NCBI GenBank assembly: GCA_009842505.1 | Contig: VYFG01000145.1 | Location: forward strand, 7,151-71,150 | DNA from: Gammaproteobacteria bacterium | GTDB lineage: Bacteria; Pseudomonadota; Gammaproteobacteria; Arenicellales; Poriferihabitantaceae | DNA length: 64,000 nt | Direction of reading: 5' to 3' | Shown: piece after piece, positions 1-8,791 of the stretch | Layout: the number at the start of each line of letters is the position of its first letter | How positions within the stretch are numbered: position 1 is the first letter of the stretch | Notes under the pieces: generated by a model | Seen by the model: the letters and a program-made list of their open reading frames with translations, nothing else | Databases searched by the model: none | Told to the model about the DNA's origin: nothing | Position numbers and translations under genes: made by a program

Positions 1-1356
1 GACGGCCAGCTGATGCCCTTCATCATCGCGTTTTGCCTGATTCTGGGTCTGGGCTTGCTGTTCTGGTTCCCGTTGCGACGTGACCCCAGGGAGTTGCGGT
101 TTCGCGAAGGGTTTCTCATCGTGGTGCTGTTCTGGACCGTGTTGTCCAGTCTCGGAGCGGTGCCGCTGTTGCTGCTGGAATCTCCGTCACTGGGTGTGAT
201 CGACGCGTTGTTCGAGTCCATGTCCGGGCTCAGCACAACCGGCGCCTCCGTACTCACCAGCATCGACGGGCTCCCGCCATCCATTCTCTACTACCGGCAG
301 CAGCTTCAGTGGCTCGGCGGCATGGGGATCATCGTGCTGGCGGTGGCGGTCATGCCCATGCTGGGGATCGGGGGCATGCAGCTCTACCGTGCAGAGACGC
401 CGGGCCCGATGAAGCAGAACCGGCTGGCGCCGAGAATCGCGGAAACGGCCAAGAAGCTCTGGTACGTCTACGTGACGCTGACCCTCGCCTGCATGCTCGG
501 CTACCGGATGGCAGGCATGAGTTGGTTCGACGCACTCTGCCATGCGTACTCCACCGTCGCCATCGGCGGATTCTCCACCCATGACGACAGCCTGGCCTGG
601 TTCGATAGCAACGCCGTCAATCTCGTTGCGGGCGTGTTCATGCTGCTGTCCGGGTTCAATTTCGCGCTGCACTACACCGCGTTCTACTCCAGGCGCGTAC
701 GGACCTATCTGGAGGATCCCGAAGCCCGCACCTACCTGTTGATTGTGGCCGGCATTTCGCTGCTCAGTGTCTTCGTATTGCACCGGTACGAGCACTTTTC
801 CGACCTGCAGGAAACGGTCGTCGACGGCGCCGTGCAGGTCATTTCCGTGGTGACCACCACCGGGTTCATCACATCGGAATTCCATCTTTGGCCTTCGTTC
901 CTCCCCGTGCTGCTGATCCTCATGAGCACCATCGGCGGATGCGCCGGCTCCACGGCCGGAGGCATCAAGGTGATCCGGCTCCTTCTGCTGTTCAAGCAGG
1001 GTTCCCGGGAAACCACCCGGCTGGTGCATCCGAACGCGGTCATACCCATCAAGATCGGCGGAAAGCTGGTGCAGGAAAACGTCATCAATGCGGTATGGGG
1101 TTTTTTCGCGCTCTACGTCCTGAGCTACGTCATCCTGCTGGTGGCACTGATCGGAACAGGCAGCGACCACGTCACGGCATTCTCGGCGGTTACCGCCTGC
1201 CTGAACAACCTGGGACCGGGGCTGGCCGGTGTATCGCAGAACTACGCGGATGTCGCGGATGGGGGAAAGGTCATCCTGATCGCGGCCATGCTGCTGGGCC
1301 GGCTCGAGCTGTTTACACTGCTCGTGCTGTTCAGTCCGGTGTTCTGGAAGAATTGA
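1..1356 (+). CDS. trkH: Trk-type potassium uptake protein TrkH (5' end cut by window edge)
   Basis: Frame is open from base 1. Polytopic membrane protein with REGFLIVVLFWTVLSSLGAVPLL and SGLSTTGAS selectivity-filter-like segments typical of TrkH. About 35 N-terminal residues appear to be missing compared with E. coli TrkH. Confidence 0.9.
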   Translation, partial: DGQLMPFIIAFCLILGLGLLFWFPLRRDPRELRFREGFLIVVLFWTVLSSLGAVPLLLLESPSLGVIDALFESMSGLSTTGASVLTSIDGLPPSILYYRQQLQWLGGMGIIVLAVAVMPMLGIGGMQLYRAETPGPMKQNRLAPRIAETAKKLWYVYVTLTLACMLGYRMAGMSWFDALCHAYSTVAIGGFSTHDDSLAWFDSNAVNLVAGVFMLLSGFNFALHYTAFYSRRVRTYLEDPEARTYLLIVAGISLLSVFVLHRYEHFSDLQETVVDGAVQVISVVTTTGFITSEFHLWPSFLPVLLILMSTIGGCAGSTAGGIKVIRLLLLFKQGSRETTRLVHPNAVIPIKIGGKLVQENVINAVWGFFALYVLSYVILLVALIGTGSDHVTAFSAVTACLNNLGPGLAGVSQNYADVADGGKVILIAAMLLGRLELFTLLVLFSPVFWKN

Positions 1357-1543
1357 CGCCATCCTTCATCGGCGGCGGAACGTGCGGCCGCGGGCGCTGT
1401 CGGCATGACCGGCAGTGACGGGATACGGGTGATGCGCCGGGCGCGGAGGCGGTCGCCGGGAGCCAAGAAGCGCAACTGGCCGGGTGATGGGCCATCCCTG
1501 CCTGCGGATTGCCCTGCGCCGGGTTGCCCCCGGTCCGTCTGAT

Positions 1544-2929
1544 CTACCCGAGCGGCTTGATGAAAGGGAAGTGCCTTAAGATTTCCTCGTCCCGGTAGGC
1601 GGTGTTCCGGTCGCTGAGCCAGCCGTTGATGAATCGGATGTCCTCGTCACCCAGGTCACCGGTGGCCTTTTCCAGGCGCAGGAGCGAAAGGATGTAGTTG
1701 TACCGGGCCCGAAGGTAGTTCGTGCGGGACAAGGACAGGTCCCGCTGGGCGTCGAGCACGTCCAGGTTTGTGGTCAGGCCGGCGCTGAAGCCTTCCTCCT
1801 TGGCCTTGAGTGCACTTTCACCGGCCACGATGGCTTCCGCCAGCGCGATTACCTGGCTGATGCCGTTGGTGATCGCGAGAAAGGCGGTGGTGGTGGATGA
1901 CGTCGCGCTGCGGCGGGACGCTTCGAGAACCTGTTCCGCCTCGTTCTGGCGCAGACCCGCCTGCCGGGTTCTCAGGTCCACGGAACCGCCCAGGTACAGC
2001 GGCAGATTCAGGGTCACCCCGAGGCTGGTGCTGTTGGTCGCGCCGCCCCCGACACCGCTGCCGTTGTCGGCCCAGCGCTGGCTGGCCTCGAAAGCCACCG
2101 TGGGGCTTCGTCTCGCCCGTTGCCGGTCCACCTCGTGGCCGGCCAGCAGAAGGTTCAGTTCCTCCGACTTGACCTGGAGGTTGTTGGTTCGCGCAAGGTT
2201 TACCCAGTGATCGATATCGTCGGGCTCCGGCGGGTCCAGGGGGGAATCCTCCGACAGTTCGGAGATGGTCCGCGGGGTGATGTTGATGATCTCGATCAGC
2301 GCCTGGCGTGCATTGCTGATCTCGATGTCGGATGCGATCAGGTCGGCGTCCGCCTGCTGGAAACGCGCCCGGGCATCAAACAGGTCGGTACGGGTTCCAA
2401 GACCGACCTCGAGCCTTTCCTCCGCCAGGTCCATCTGCCGCTTGATGGCGATCTTCTGCAGCCGGGCCACCTCCTTGGCGTCCCGGGCGGCCAGGAGGTT
2501 GAAGTAACGCTCCGCCACCCGCAGGGTCAGGTCGTCCCTTGCGTTGTCGAACTGCAGGAGTGCCCGTTGCACCTCCAGTTCAGCCTGGCTGATCTGGATC
2601 CGTGTCGTCCGGTTCAGCAGCGGGAGGTTGAGGTTGACGCTGATCTCGTTATTGTCGCCGGTGGTTGTCGGGCCCCTGAAATCGCTGCGCTGTTTACCGA
2701 GTGTTCCCTTGCCGTTGACGGTGGGCTTGAATCCGGTCCGGGCCAGGGGAAGATTGAGCCGGGCGGCCTCGTAGCTTTCCTTGGCGGCGAGATAGATGGC
2801 GTCGCTTTCAAGCGCCAGCTGGTAGACGTCCCAGAGGTCTTCGCCGTTTGCAGTGTAACTGCCTGTCAGCATCATCGACAGCAGAATCCCCCGAAGAGTC
2901 GCAGGCACCGCGCCAGGTATTCTTTTCAT
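1544..2929 (-). CDS. tolC: TolC-family outer membrane channel
   Basis: 461 aa with a signal peptide. N-terminus DLWDVYQLALESDAIYLAAKESYEAARLNL and a repeated coiled-coil/beta architecture characteristic of TolC/type I secretion outer membrane proteins. Confidence 0.85.
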   Translation of the reverse strand: MKRIPGAVPATLRGILLSMMLTGSYTANGEDLWDVYQLALESDAIYLAAKESYEAARLNLPLARTGFKPTVNGKGTLGKQRSDFRGPTTTGDNNEISVNLNLPLLNRTTRIQISQAELEVQRALLQFDNARDDLTLRVAERYFNLLAARDAKEVARLQKIAIKRQMDLAEERLEVGLGTRTDLFDARARFQQADADLIASDIEISNARQALIEIINITPRTISELSEDSPLDPPEPDDIDHWVNLARTNNLQVKSEELNLLLAGHEVDRQRARRSPTVAFEASQRWADNGSGVGGGATNSTSLGVTLNLPLYLGGSVDLRTRQAGLRQNEAEQVLEASRRSATSSTTTAFLAITNGISQVIALAEAIVAGESALKAKEEGFSAGLTTNLDVLDAQRDLSLSRTNYLRARYNYILSLLRLEKATGDLGDEDIRFINGWLSDRNTAYRDEEILRHFPFIKPLG

Positions 2930-2978
2930 GACAGTAACCCGGATGAAATGTACATGGAAAAATCCCGAATTCGGAAAG

Positions 2979-3629
2979 TTAAAATTCGAATTCCGGGGGA
3001 TCTTCAGCGTTTTTCAGGCGCGGGGCCTCGGTCTCGAACAGGCTGCGGTGCGTCATGCCCCCGTCGGTACGCTGATAAAGCACAACCCGCATGGCAGGAG
3101 AATGGCCCTCGATTCCCACGAGACGTCCATCCTTTGCGAGTCCGGCGATCAGCCCGTCCGAAATCCGGGCCATGGAACCGTTCACCACGATGGCGTCGTA
3201 GGCGCCTTCGGTTCCCCAGCCGTCATGGGCATCCCCCTGTTCCAGGGCAACGTTCTCAAGGCCGGCCATGCCGAGATTCCGCCGCGCCTGCTCCAACAGT
3301 GCCGGGTTGATTTCCACGCTGGTTACATGGGCACAAACCTGGCTGAGCACTGCGGTGAGGTAGCCCGTCCCGGTGCCGACTTCCAGCACCCGGTCGTTCG
3401 TGGAGAGCTGCAGTGACTCCATCATCCGTGCGCTGACCTTGGGTTCCAGCATCACTTCGCCGTCCCCCAGGGGAATCTTCACATCCGCGAACGCCAGATT
3501 CCGGTAGTCCTCGGGTACGAAGTCCTCGCGTCTTACCGATTCCAGGGCGTTCAGCGTCTGCAGGCCCAGCACGTTCCAGGGCCGGATCTGCTGATCGATC
3601 ATGTTGGCACGTGCTGCTTCGAAATCCAT
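2979..3629 (-). CDS. Protein-L-isoaspartate O-methyltransferase-like SAM methyltransferase (Pcm paralogue commonly found next to tolC)
   Basis: SAM motif I VLEVGTGTGYLTAVL. N-terminus MDFEAARANMIDQQIRPW resembles the tolC-linked pcm-like family. The ORF track starts at a TTG at 3674; I prefer the ATG at 3629. Confidence 0.75.
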   Translation of the reverse strand: MDFEAARANMIDQQIRPWNVLGLQTLNALESVRREDFVPEDYRNLAFADVKIPLGDGEVMLEPKVSARMMESLQLSTNDRVLEVGTGTGYLTAVLSQVCAHVTSVEINPALLEQARRNLGMAGLENVALEQGDAHDGWGTEGAYDAIVVNGSMARISDGLIAGLAKDGRLVGIEGHSPAMRVVLYQRTDGGMTHRSLFETEAPRLKNAEDPPEFEF

Positions 3630-3777
3630 GTTCGAATTCAGGAAGGTTGTGAAGTAGGGCAAACATTCTAACAAACTTTATCCGCAGCCGCTCTAGACGG
3701 GTGTCGCCGGACCGCATGCGCGTGGCCCTCCGGCCGGAGGCTGATGGGGTAGTTTGTTCCGGGGTTCGTGACGGCCC

Positions 3778-6078
3778 TCAAGCAATGACGGGTACGGGAT
3801 TCAGGTCGGACTCCTGGAGCGGGTGCCCGGTCCAGCCCAATGCCACCGGCACCTCGTAAAGGCGTCCCGGAGCGAACCGTTCCCAGAAATGGCGCAGGCC
3901 GGGCACGATCACGCGCACCACCGGCATGCCAATGTCGGGGCGGGTCTGGTCGAGTACCAGAAACTCCATCCCCCTGGCCTCAACCAGCCCCCGGCACCAT
4001 TCCACGTCCTGTCTCAGATCCTCCGTTTCCGGAGGCGCGTAATCCGAACCGCGACGCAGCCTGGCATTGGGCAGGGGTGCCAGGTGGGGGTTGTCCGCCA
4101 GTTTCCCGTTCTTCCACCACCAAAGGCACATCGGGTCGTCGACCCCGTAGCGGGTGTAGCCAGTGCCCGGGCGGGGAACCCAGGTCAGGCACTGGTTCAG
4201 CTCGCAAACGGCCCTGAGGGCCGCAATTTGCGGATCGGAGTGTGCGCCGGCACCGTAGATGATGTCTTCCGTTTCACTGTCGGTTCTGCGGGACAGTGCA
4301 ACGAAGGCAGGAATCTCCAGGTCACCGGTCAGGTCCAGCACCCACATGTCACGATGATATTCACGGTAGTAACCGGGCGCGGATGCCAGGTATTCGTCGC
4401 CAAAGCTTTCGAGGTCCACGCCGGGTCGTTGCAGTCGGTTGTACCACCAGATTGCAAAGGCATCGCGTTCGACCAGTTCATAGAATCCCTGCAATACGGC
4501 TTCCTCGAGGGTGTTGCCGGCGGCGCATCCATTGGAATCGGCCCAGAGCCCTGTGGTGCCGCGCTGTTCCGGGGTCATTCCGTAGAGCATGGCTGTCGGC
4601 AGATAGCGCTGCCGGTCCCGGGTGAGCGACCACACGGGAGACCAGTCCAGTTCCCTGTCCGGATCGAACCGGGGCGGAACGACATTGTAGGGGTGGCCGC
4701 GTGCGTTGATCTTTTCCGCATGGTCCAGTTGCCAAGCGCTGAACAACTGGACTTCGTTCGGGTGTATCGCCGGCCCGTCGCCGTTGCCGGGAAAATCCGC
4801 CAGACGTCTGCGGCAGCGGATTTCGTCGCCATGGAAGGCCCCGGAATAGCGTTCGATCGCCTCGCACAGGGCGCTCACCCTGGATTGCTCCGCAGTGCTT
4901 CCCTTGCCGGCGCTCTTGCTTCGCAGGCTGCGGCGCAGTGAACTCAGGTTCTTGATTCTCAATGCGAGATTGCTGCCGGCCCAGTGTACATGCAGCCAGG
5001 AATCCGTCCTCGGCGTCGTGCGCGCGACCCATGTGACGACACCGCTCACCGGGCTGATCAGGTGCTCATACTTTTCCAGTGTCCGTGCAGGTGACATGGC
5101 ACGCAAACCGCCACTATTACGAAGCTCCTTCGGGCTGGCCTGCAGCCGTACCGGCGTTGCCGGCCGGTCGGTGCTGTAGTATGCCTCGTTGCCGCAAGCC
5201 GGGCATTGCGGCCGGCGGACGACCGGATGATGCTCGCTGTTCATGCCGGCAGTATCCAGTGTGATCGCCTTGTCGTGCAGCGGTGCCGCTTTGCCGAGAA
5301 CCAGCCACTTGGCAATCTCGACGGCGACCATTCCGCAGACGACGTCCAGTACCGCAGGTTCGGCTGCAGTGGGTCGGAAGGCCGCCGCCTTGCCGGAGTG
5401 GTTGCGCAAGAAGGAATGGACTTCCTGGTTGTTCCGTAACCGGTAGGAGAGGCACGCCCAGCAGGGACTGCCCTCCGCGGGCCGGAAGACGGGACCGAAG
5501 AGGGGCTGCATGCCCCTCGGCCGGATCAGAATCCAGGGCGTGCCGGATTCCAGGTGATGCCGGTTGATCCCGTCATTTTCGTCATCGAGATAGTCGGAGG
5601 CAACATAGACGGACAGGGCGGGGCTGTCGGAACCGGGTGCAACACCCAGGGTTTCAAGCCGTTCCGCGAGACGGCCGTCGTCGCCATGAATCGCCACCCC
5701 CGCGGCACCCAGCCGCTCCTCGGCCCGGCGGGGGGACGCGCCGAGAGAGGACCAGAACGCCGCCTTGCCCCGGTCCATGCCGTGATCGCCCGAAACGACG
5801 TAGCCCTTGGCGGCCAGGAAGGCCAGGGCCTTGCGCACGTCCGCCGCCGGATGCATCCCGTCAAGGGCCCCGACGATGCTTTCCCGTGGGCGGCTGCCGT
5901 CCAGCAGCGGCAGGAGGTCCCCGTAAACCTTTCCGTGCAGCAGCGTGTTGAAGGTCTCGGAAACCAGGAGCACCTGCCCGTCGCCGATCGGGCGGTATTC
6001 GAGATGCGGTGTAAGCGCCGGCCGTTCTATCTCACTGCGGTCTGCGGCAGTAGCCTTCAGCCGTCCGCGTTCATCCAT
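3778..6078 (-). CDS. Fused TOMM-type cyclodehydratase: N-terminal E1-like/leader-docking domain plus C-terminal YcaO (SagD-type) domain
   Basis: 766 aa. The C-terminal half has YcaO hallmarks (SRVSALCEAIERYSG, NGCAAGNTLEEAVLQGFYELVERDA, IIYGAGAHSDPQIAALRAVCELNQ). The N-terminal ~330 aa resembles the docking/E1-like half of fused azoline-forming cyclodehydratases. The C-terminus is Pro-rich (NPVPVIA). Confidence 0.85.
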   Translation of the reverse strand: MDERGRLKATAADRSEIERPALTPHLEYRPIGDGQVLLVSETFNTLLHGKVYGDLLPLLDGSRPRESIVGALDGMHPAADVRKALAFLAAKGYVVSGDHGMDRGKAAFWSSLGASPRRAEERLGAAGVAIHGDDGRLAERLETLGVAPGSDSPALSVYVASDYLDDENDGINRHHLESGTPWILIRPRGMQPLFGPVFRPAEGSPCWACLSYRLRNNQEVHSFLRNHSGKAAAFRPTAAEPAVLDVVCGMVAVEIAKWLVLGKAAPLHDKAITLDTAGMNSEHHPVVRRPQCPACGNEAYYSTDRPATPVRLQASPKELRNSGGLRAMSPARTLEKYEHLISPVSGVVTWVARTTPRTDSWLHVHWAGSNLALRIKNLSSLRRSLRSKSAGKGSTAEQSRVSALCEAIERYSGAFHGDEIRCRRRLADFPGNGDGPAIHPNEVQLFSAWQLDHAEKINARGHPYNVVPPRFDPDRELDWSPVWSLTRDRQRYLPTAMLYGMTPEQRGTTGLWADSNGCAAGNTLEEAVLQGFYELVERDAFAIWWYNRLQRPGVDLESFGDEYLASAPGYYREYHRDMWVLDLTGDLEIPAFVALSRRTDSETEDIIYGAGAHSDPQIAALRAVCELNQCLTWVPRPGTGYTRYGVDDPMCLWWWKNGKLADNPHLAPLPNARLRRGSDYAPPETEDLRQDVEWCRGLVEARGMEFLVLDQTRPDIGMPVVRVIVPGLRHFWERFAPGRLYEVPVALGWTGHPLQESDLNPVPVIA

Positions 6079-6208
6079 GACTGCGCATGGTTTCTTTCAG
6101 GTTTCCGGCGTAACAGCCGCCGCGGCACATCCCGCACCCGCAGGCGAAACCCGGGGCGGTCATGGCCTGCACCGATCCAGTTGTGCTGTGCCCTGCATGG
6201 TGCTGCAC
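6071..6208 (-). CDS. Candidate small Cys/Gly-rich peptide ORF (possible YcaO substrate), absent from the ORF track because it is shorter than 60 aa
   Basis: Fills the 142-bp gap between the AlkB-fusion stop and the YcaO start. The GTG start at 6208 gives (M)QHHAGHSTTGSVQAMTAPGFACGCGMCRGGCYAGNLKETMRSHG; the ATG at 6163 gives a 30-aa version. Its stop overlaps the YcaO start (ATGGATGA). Third-position GC is about 73% by hand count, which is coding-like. Shine-Dalgarno sequences are weak. Confidence 0.3.
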   Translation of the reverse strand: MQHHAGHSTTGSVQAMTAPGFACGCGMCRGGCYAGNLKETMRSHG

Positions 6209-6220
6209 CTGGCGGTTCCG

Positions 6221-8620
6221 TCAGCTGCCCCGGGCGATGATGGCGGCCAGTCCGCTCTCGGTGGCGGAGGTGGCTTCCCGGACCGCTTCGGTCAACTCGT
6301 CGAAATCGGCCTGGTCGCAGGACCGGGCAAAGGTCATCCTGACCTTGTCTGGCATGGATTCGACCGGCGAGTCATTCTCCATGACCAGCTGCCGGATGCC
6401 GTACAGGTTCCGCCACATGCGGGCAGCCCCGGAAAGTTGCTCCGCAACTTCACGGGGAATCACTTCAAGCGCCTTGCCCGCCTGGAAAACGGAAGCAGCG
6501 TTGCTGGTAATCAGGCTTCCCGGCATCTCCGGCAGGTGGGTCAGCTGCAGCAGGCGTGCGGCGCGCTCGACATCACGGAGCCCCTGTTGCATGCTGGAGA
6601 TCAGCGATTGTTCGGTCCTGGTTTCATTGCCTGCCCCGTTGCGCAGCTCCCGGAGCAGCGCATCCCGTGTCGGGTCATCGGCCAGCAGGGAATATCGGGC
6701 ATCATCGAAACGTTGCCCGATACCGGGGTCTCCATGGGTAAAGATCCACCGTGCCCGGGTCAGGTCCAGCAGTTCGCTTGCCGAAGCGGTCCGGTGGTGT
6801 TCCACGAATTCGTCAAGCGCATAGACGCCGCGATCGCGGGCTTTCCCCGATGTCGGCTCGAACAGCAGGCTGGCCCGGGTCAGTATGCGAAGTGCCCCAT
6901 GAAACAGGCGGTACAGGGCCGCATGGCGATCAGCGGATCCGCCCTCGAAAACGAACATGATCTCGAGTGCGGCACGGGGCGCGACTTCCCGGCTGGCCAG
7001 ATCGCCGAAGATGACGGCGGCTATCCCGCCTTCGTCCGGGCGGGGATCACGGTCGGCAACATCTTCCACGACGGCCTGAAGAACTGCGTCGATCGAGGAT
7101 TCGGCGACATTGGCCAGTGCGATCCCGGCCTCGGTCGGCGTCAGGTTGCCGCGCAACGTATGCATGCCGATCTGGAACACCTTGTTGTTCGACCAGTCCC
7201 GAACCATCTCCGCGGCGTCGGCGGCATCCTTTACCGGTATTTCGGCGATCTGTTCCTTCATTTCCACGACACCGAACTCGTGGGTCCAGTAGACGCGCAC
7301 AAGTCCGCTGCGGGCAATCCTCTCAAATTCCGGGTCCGGTCCGAATCCTTCGGGCATCTCCAGATCGGTGAACTCCCTGTCCTTCAGGCTATCGAGCAGT
7401 TCCGGGTCCCTCTCGATTACCCTGACCAGGCGGGGAGCGGCGCCGTAAATCTCCATGATCGCGTCGAGTGCCTCCGGGCGTGCCTCGGAAACCGGGCTGT
7501 CGTAGGCGCTCCAGTCCTCGATTTCTGGGTAGAAGTGGGCCCGCCATTGATCCACCAGAGGGTCCATCGTCTCGAAGAAGCGCTTCGGGCGCAGGGCCAG
7601 GCCGAACATCGTGCCGTAGGTTCCCGGCAGCAGTGGAGATTCGTCTTCGCCGTGGTGCTGCAGCAGCGGGTAGCGCCTGCCCGCCGAGACATGGTGGTCG
7701 GGATGGCGTTGCATGTTGAAGAACATCCAGTTGCTGAACTTGTAGTCGGCGCCCCATGAATGCCGCAGGCTGACCCTTTCGAACCGGCCATTGGGCAGGC
7801 GTATCCGGCGCAGGCCGTAATGCTGGACGTAGTTGCTTATTTTCATCGAGAACACGATCCCGAGACACAGGAACATGAAGATCAGAACAGACCACCATCC
7901 CCCCAACGCATAGACGAACGCGTACCAGGCGGCGGTTTCAAGGCCGTACCGCCAAAACGGATTGCTGAAATGCCAGGTCGGCAACTGCCGATGCGCCATC
8001 CGTCCGCGTTCAACCTTCCAGGCCCCAAGGATGTTGCTTGCCAACTCGCGGGGGAAATACGTCCAGAAACTCTGTCCCTTGGGCGCGGAGCCCACGTCTT
8101 TCGGTGTGCCGACATAGGCATGATGGATATAGAAATGTTCCGTGGCGTAGTGCGGGTACGAAACGGAGGCAAGCAGGAATTCCCCGACGTACCGCTCCCA
8201 CGTCGTGCGCCGGTGAATCAGTTCGTGCCCGACGATGAACACTCCCTGACCTTCCACGCCCAGCACAATCGCCAGCAGCGCACCTTCCCAGGGAGCCAGG
8301 TGTCCGACCATGAAGATCTGCCATAGCGTGAACACGAATGCCGTCGGCCAGAGCAATGCCCAAAGCCATGCCGACAGGTTGTACCAGACCAGCCGGTGTT
8401 CCGGTGTCGCCCTGGGGTTCATGTTCCGCCCGTCCAGGCCGAAGGCAAGGTCCAGCGGGCCCGCGATCATGAAAAAGACGAACGGCCCGGCGATCCACCA
8501 GCCGCCGTACAGAGCGGCGGTGAAAATCAGGGGAAAGACCGCGAGGGGCAGGAAATGCGGAATGGCGTTCCGTAGTGATGGCTCAATCGCCCGATCTGTG
8601 GAAACTGCTACTGCAACCAT
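6221..8620 (-). CDS. Fusion protein: N-terminal AlkB-type membrane di-iron alkane 1-monooxygenase/desaturase domain plus C-terminal GlnE-like (adenylyltransferase-family) domain
   Basis: The N-terminal ~400 aa carry histidine boxes HELIHR, EHFYIHH, the NYVQHYGL signature and RHPDHH. The C-terminal ~400 aa resemble a GlnE repeat (LLFEPTSGKARDRG..., LDLTRARWIFTHGD, GLRDVERAARLLQLTH), but the nucleotidyltransferase G-S/DxD positions look degenerate (GDLASREV...LEIMFVF). SD GGAG lies 8 nt upstream of the ATG. Confidence 0.75.
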   Translation of the reverse strand: MVAVAVSTDRAIEPSLRNAIPHFLPLAVFPLIFTAALYGGWWIAGPFVFFMIAGPLDLAFGLDGRNMNPRATPEHRLVWYNLSAWLWALLWPTAFVFTLWQIFMVGHLAPWEGALLAIVLGVEGQGVFIVGHELIHRRTTWERYVGEFLLASVSYPHYATEHFYIHHAYVGTPKDVGSAPKGQSFWTYFPRELASNILGAWKVERGRMAHRQLPTWHFSNPFWRYGLETAAWYAFVYALGGWWSVLIFMFLCLGIVFSMKISNYVQHYGLRRIRLPNGRFERVSLRHSWGADYKFSNWMFFNMQRHPDHHVSAGRRYPLLQHHGEDESPLLPGTYGTMFGLALRPKRFFETMDPLVDQWRAHFYPEIEDWSAYDSPVSEARPEALDAIMEIYGAAPRLVRVIERDPELLDSLKDREFTDLEMPEGFGPDPEFERIARSGLVRVYWTHEFGVVEMKEQIAEIPVKDAADAAEMVRDWSNNKVFQIGMHTLRGNLTPTEAGIALANVAESSIDAVLQAVVEDVADRDPRPDEGGIAAVIFGDLASREVAPRAALEIMFVFEGGSADRHAALYRLFHGALRILTRASLLFEPTSGKARDRGVYALDEFVEHHRTASASELLDLTRARWIFTHGDPGIGQRFDDARYSLLADDPTRDALLRELRNGAGNETRTEQSLISSMQQGLRDVERAARLLQLTHLPEMPGSLITSNAASVFQAGKALEVIPREVAEQLSGAARMWRNLYGIRQLVMENDSPVESMPDKVRMTFARSCDQADFDELTEAVREATSATESGLAAIIARGS

Positions 8621-8761
8621 AATGGATCTCCGAAATACTCAACAGCGGCTTAAAACCCCTGTATCGGAAAGTTATTGTGTGCCCGGCAGCATTATTCCTT
8701 TCCCGAAACTGTCTGGTCAAGGGCCGCGTACCGAAACCCCGGAATTCTGGCCTTAACAAAT

Positions 8762-8791
8762 ATGACTGGTCATGGATACTGGTCATATGAC
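8762..8791. promoter_or_regulatory. Clustered ATGAC/GTCAT half-sites (likely antitoxin operator) overlapping the antitoxin start
   Basis: ATGAC 8762-8766, GTCAT 8769-8773, GTCAT 8782-8786 and ATGAC 8787-8791. ACTGGTCAT occurs twice, 13 bp apart. GTCATATGAC is a perfect 10-bp palindrome. Confidence 0.35.

Noticed and set aside
187-1362. Long antisense or overlapping ORFs throughout the window. Examples: 187-1362 (-), 2120-3310 (+), 5945-7759 (+), 28953-30512 (+), 36255-38009 (-), 41404-43791 (-), 49702-50622 (-), 56905-58374 (-).
   Set aside because: They lie opposite or out of frame to genes with clear family motifs. Their translations are Arg/Pro/Gly/Ala-rich low-complexity sequence, typical of shadow ORFs in GC-rich DNA. 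None has a recognisable motif.
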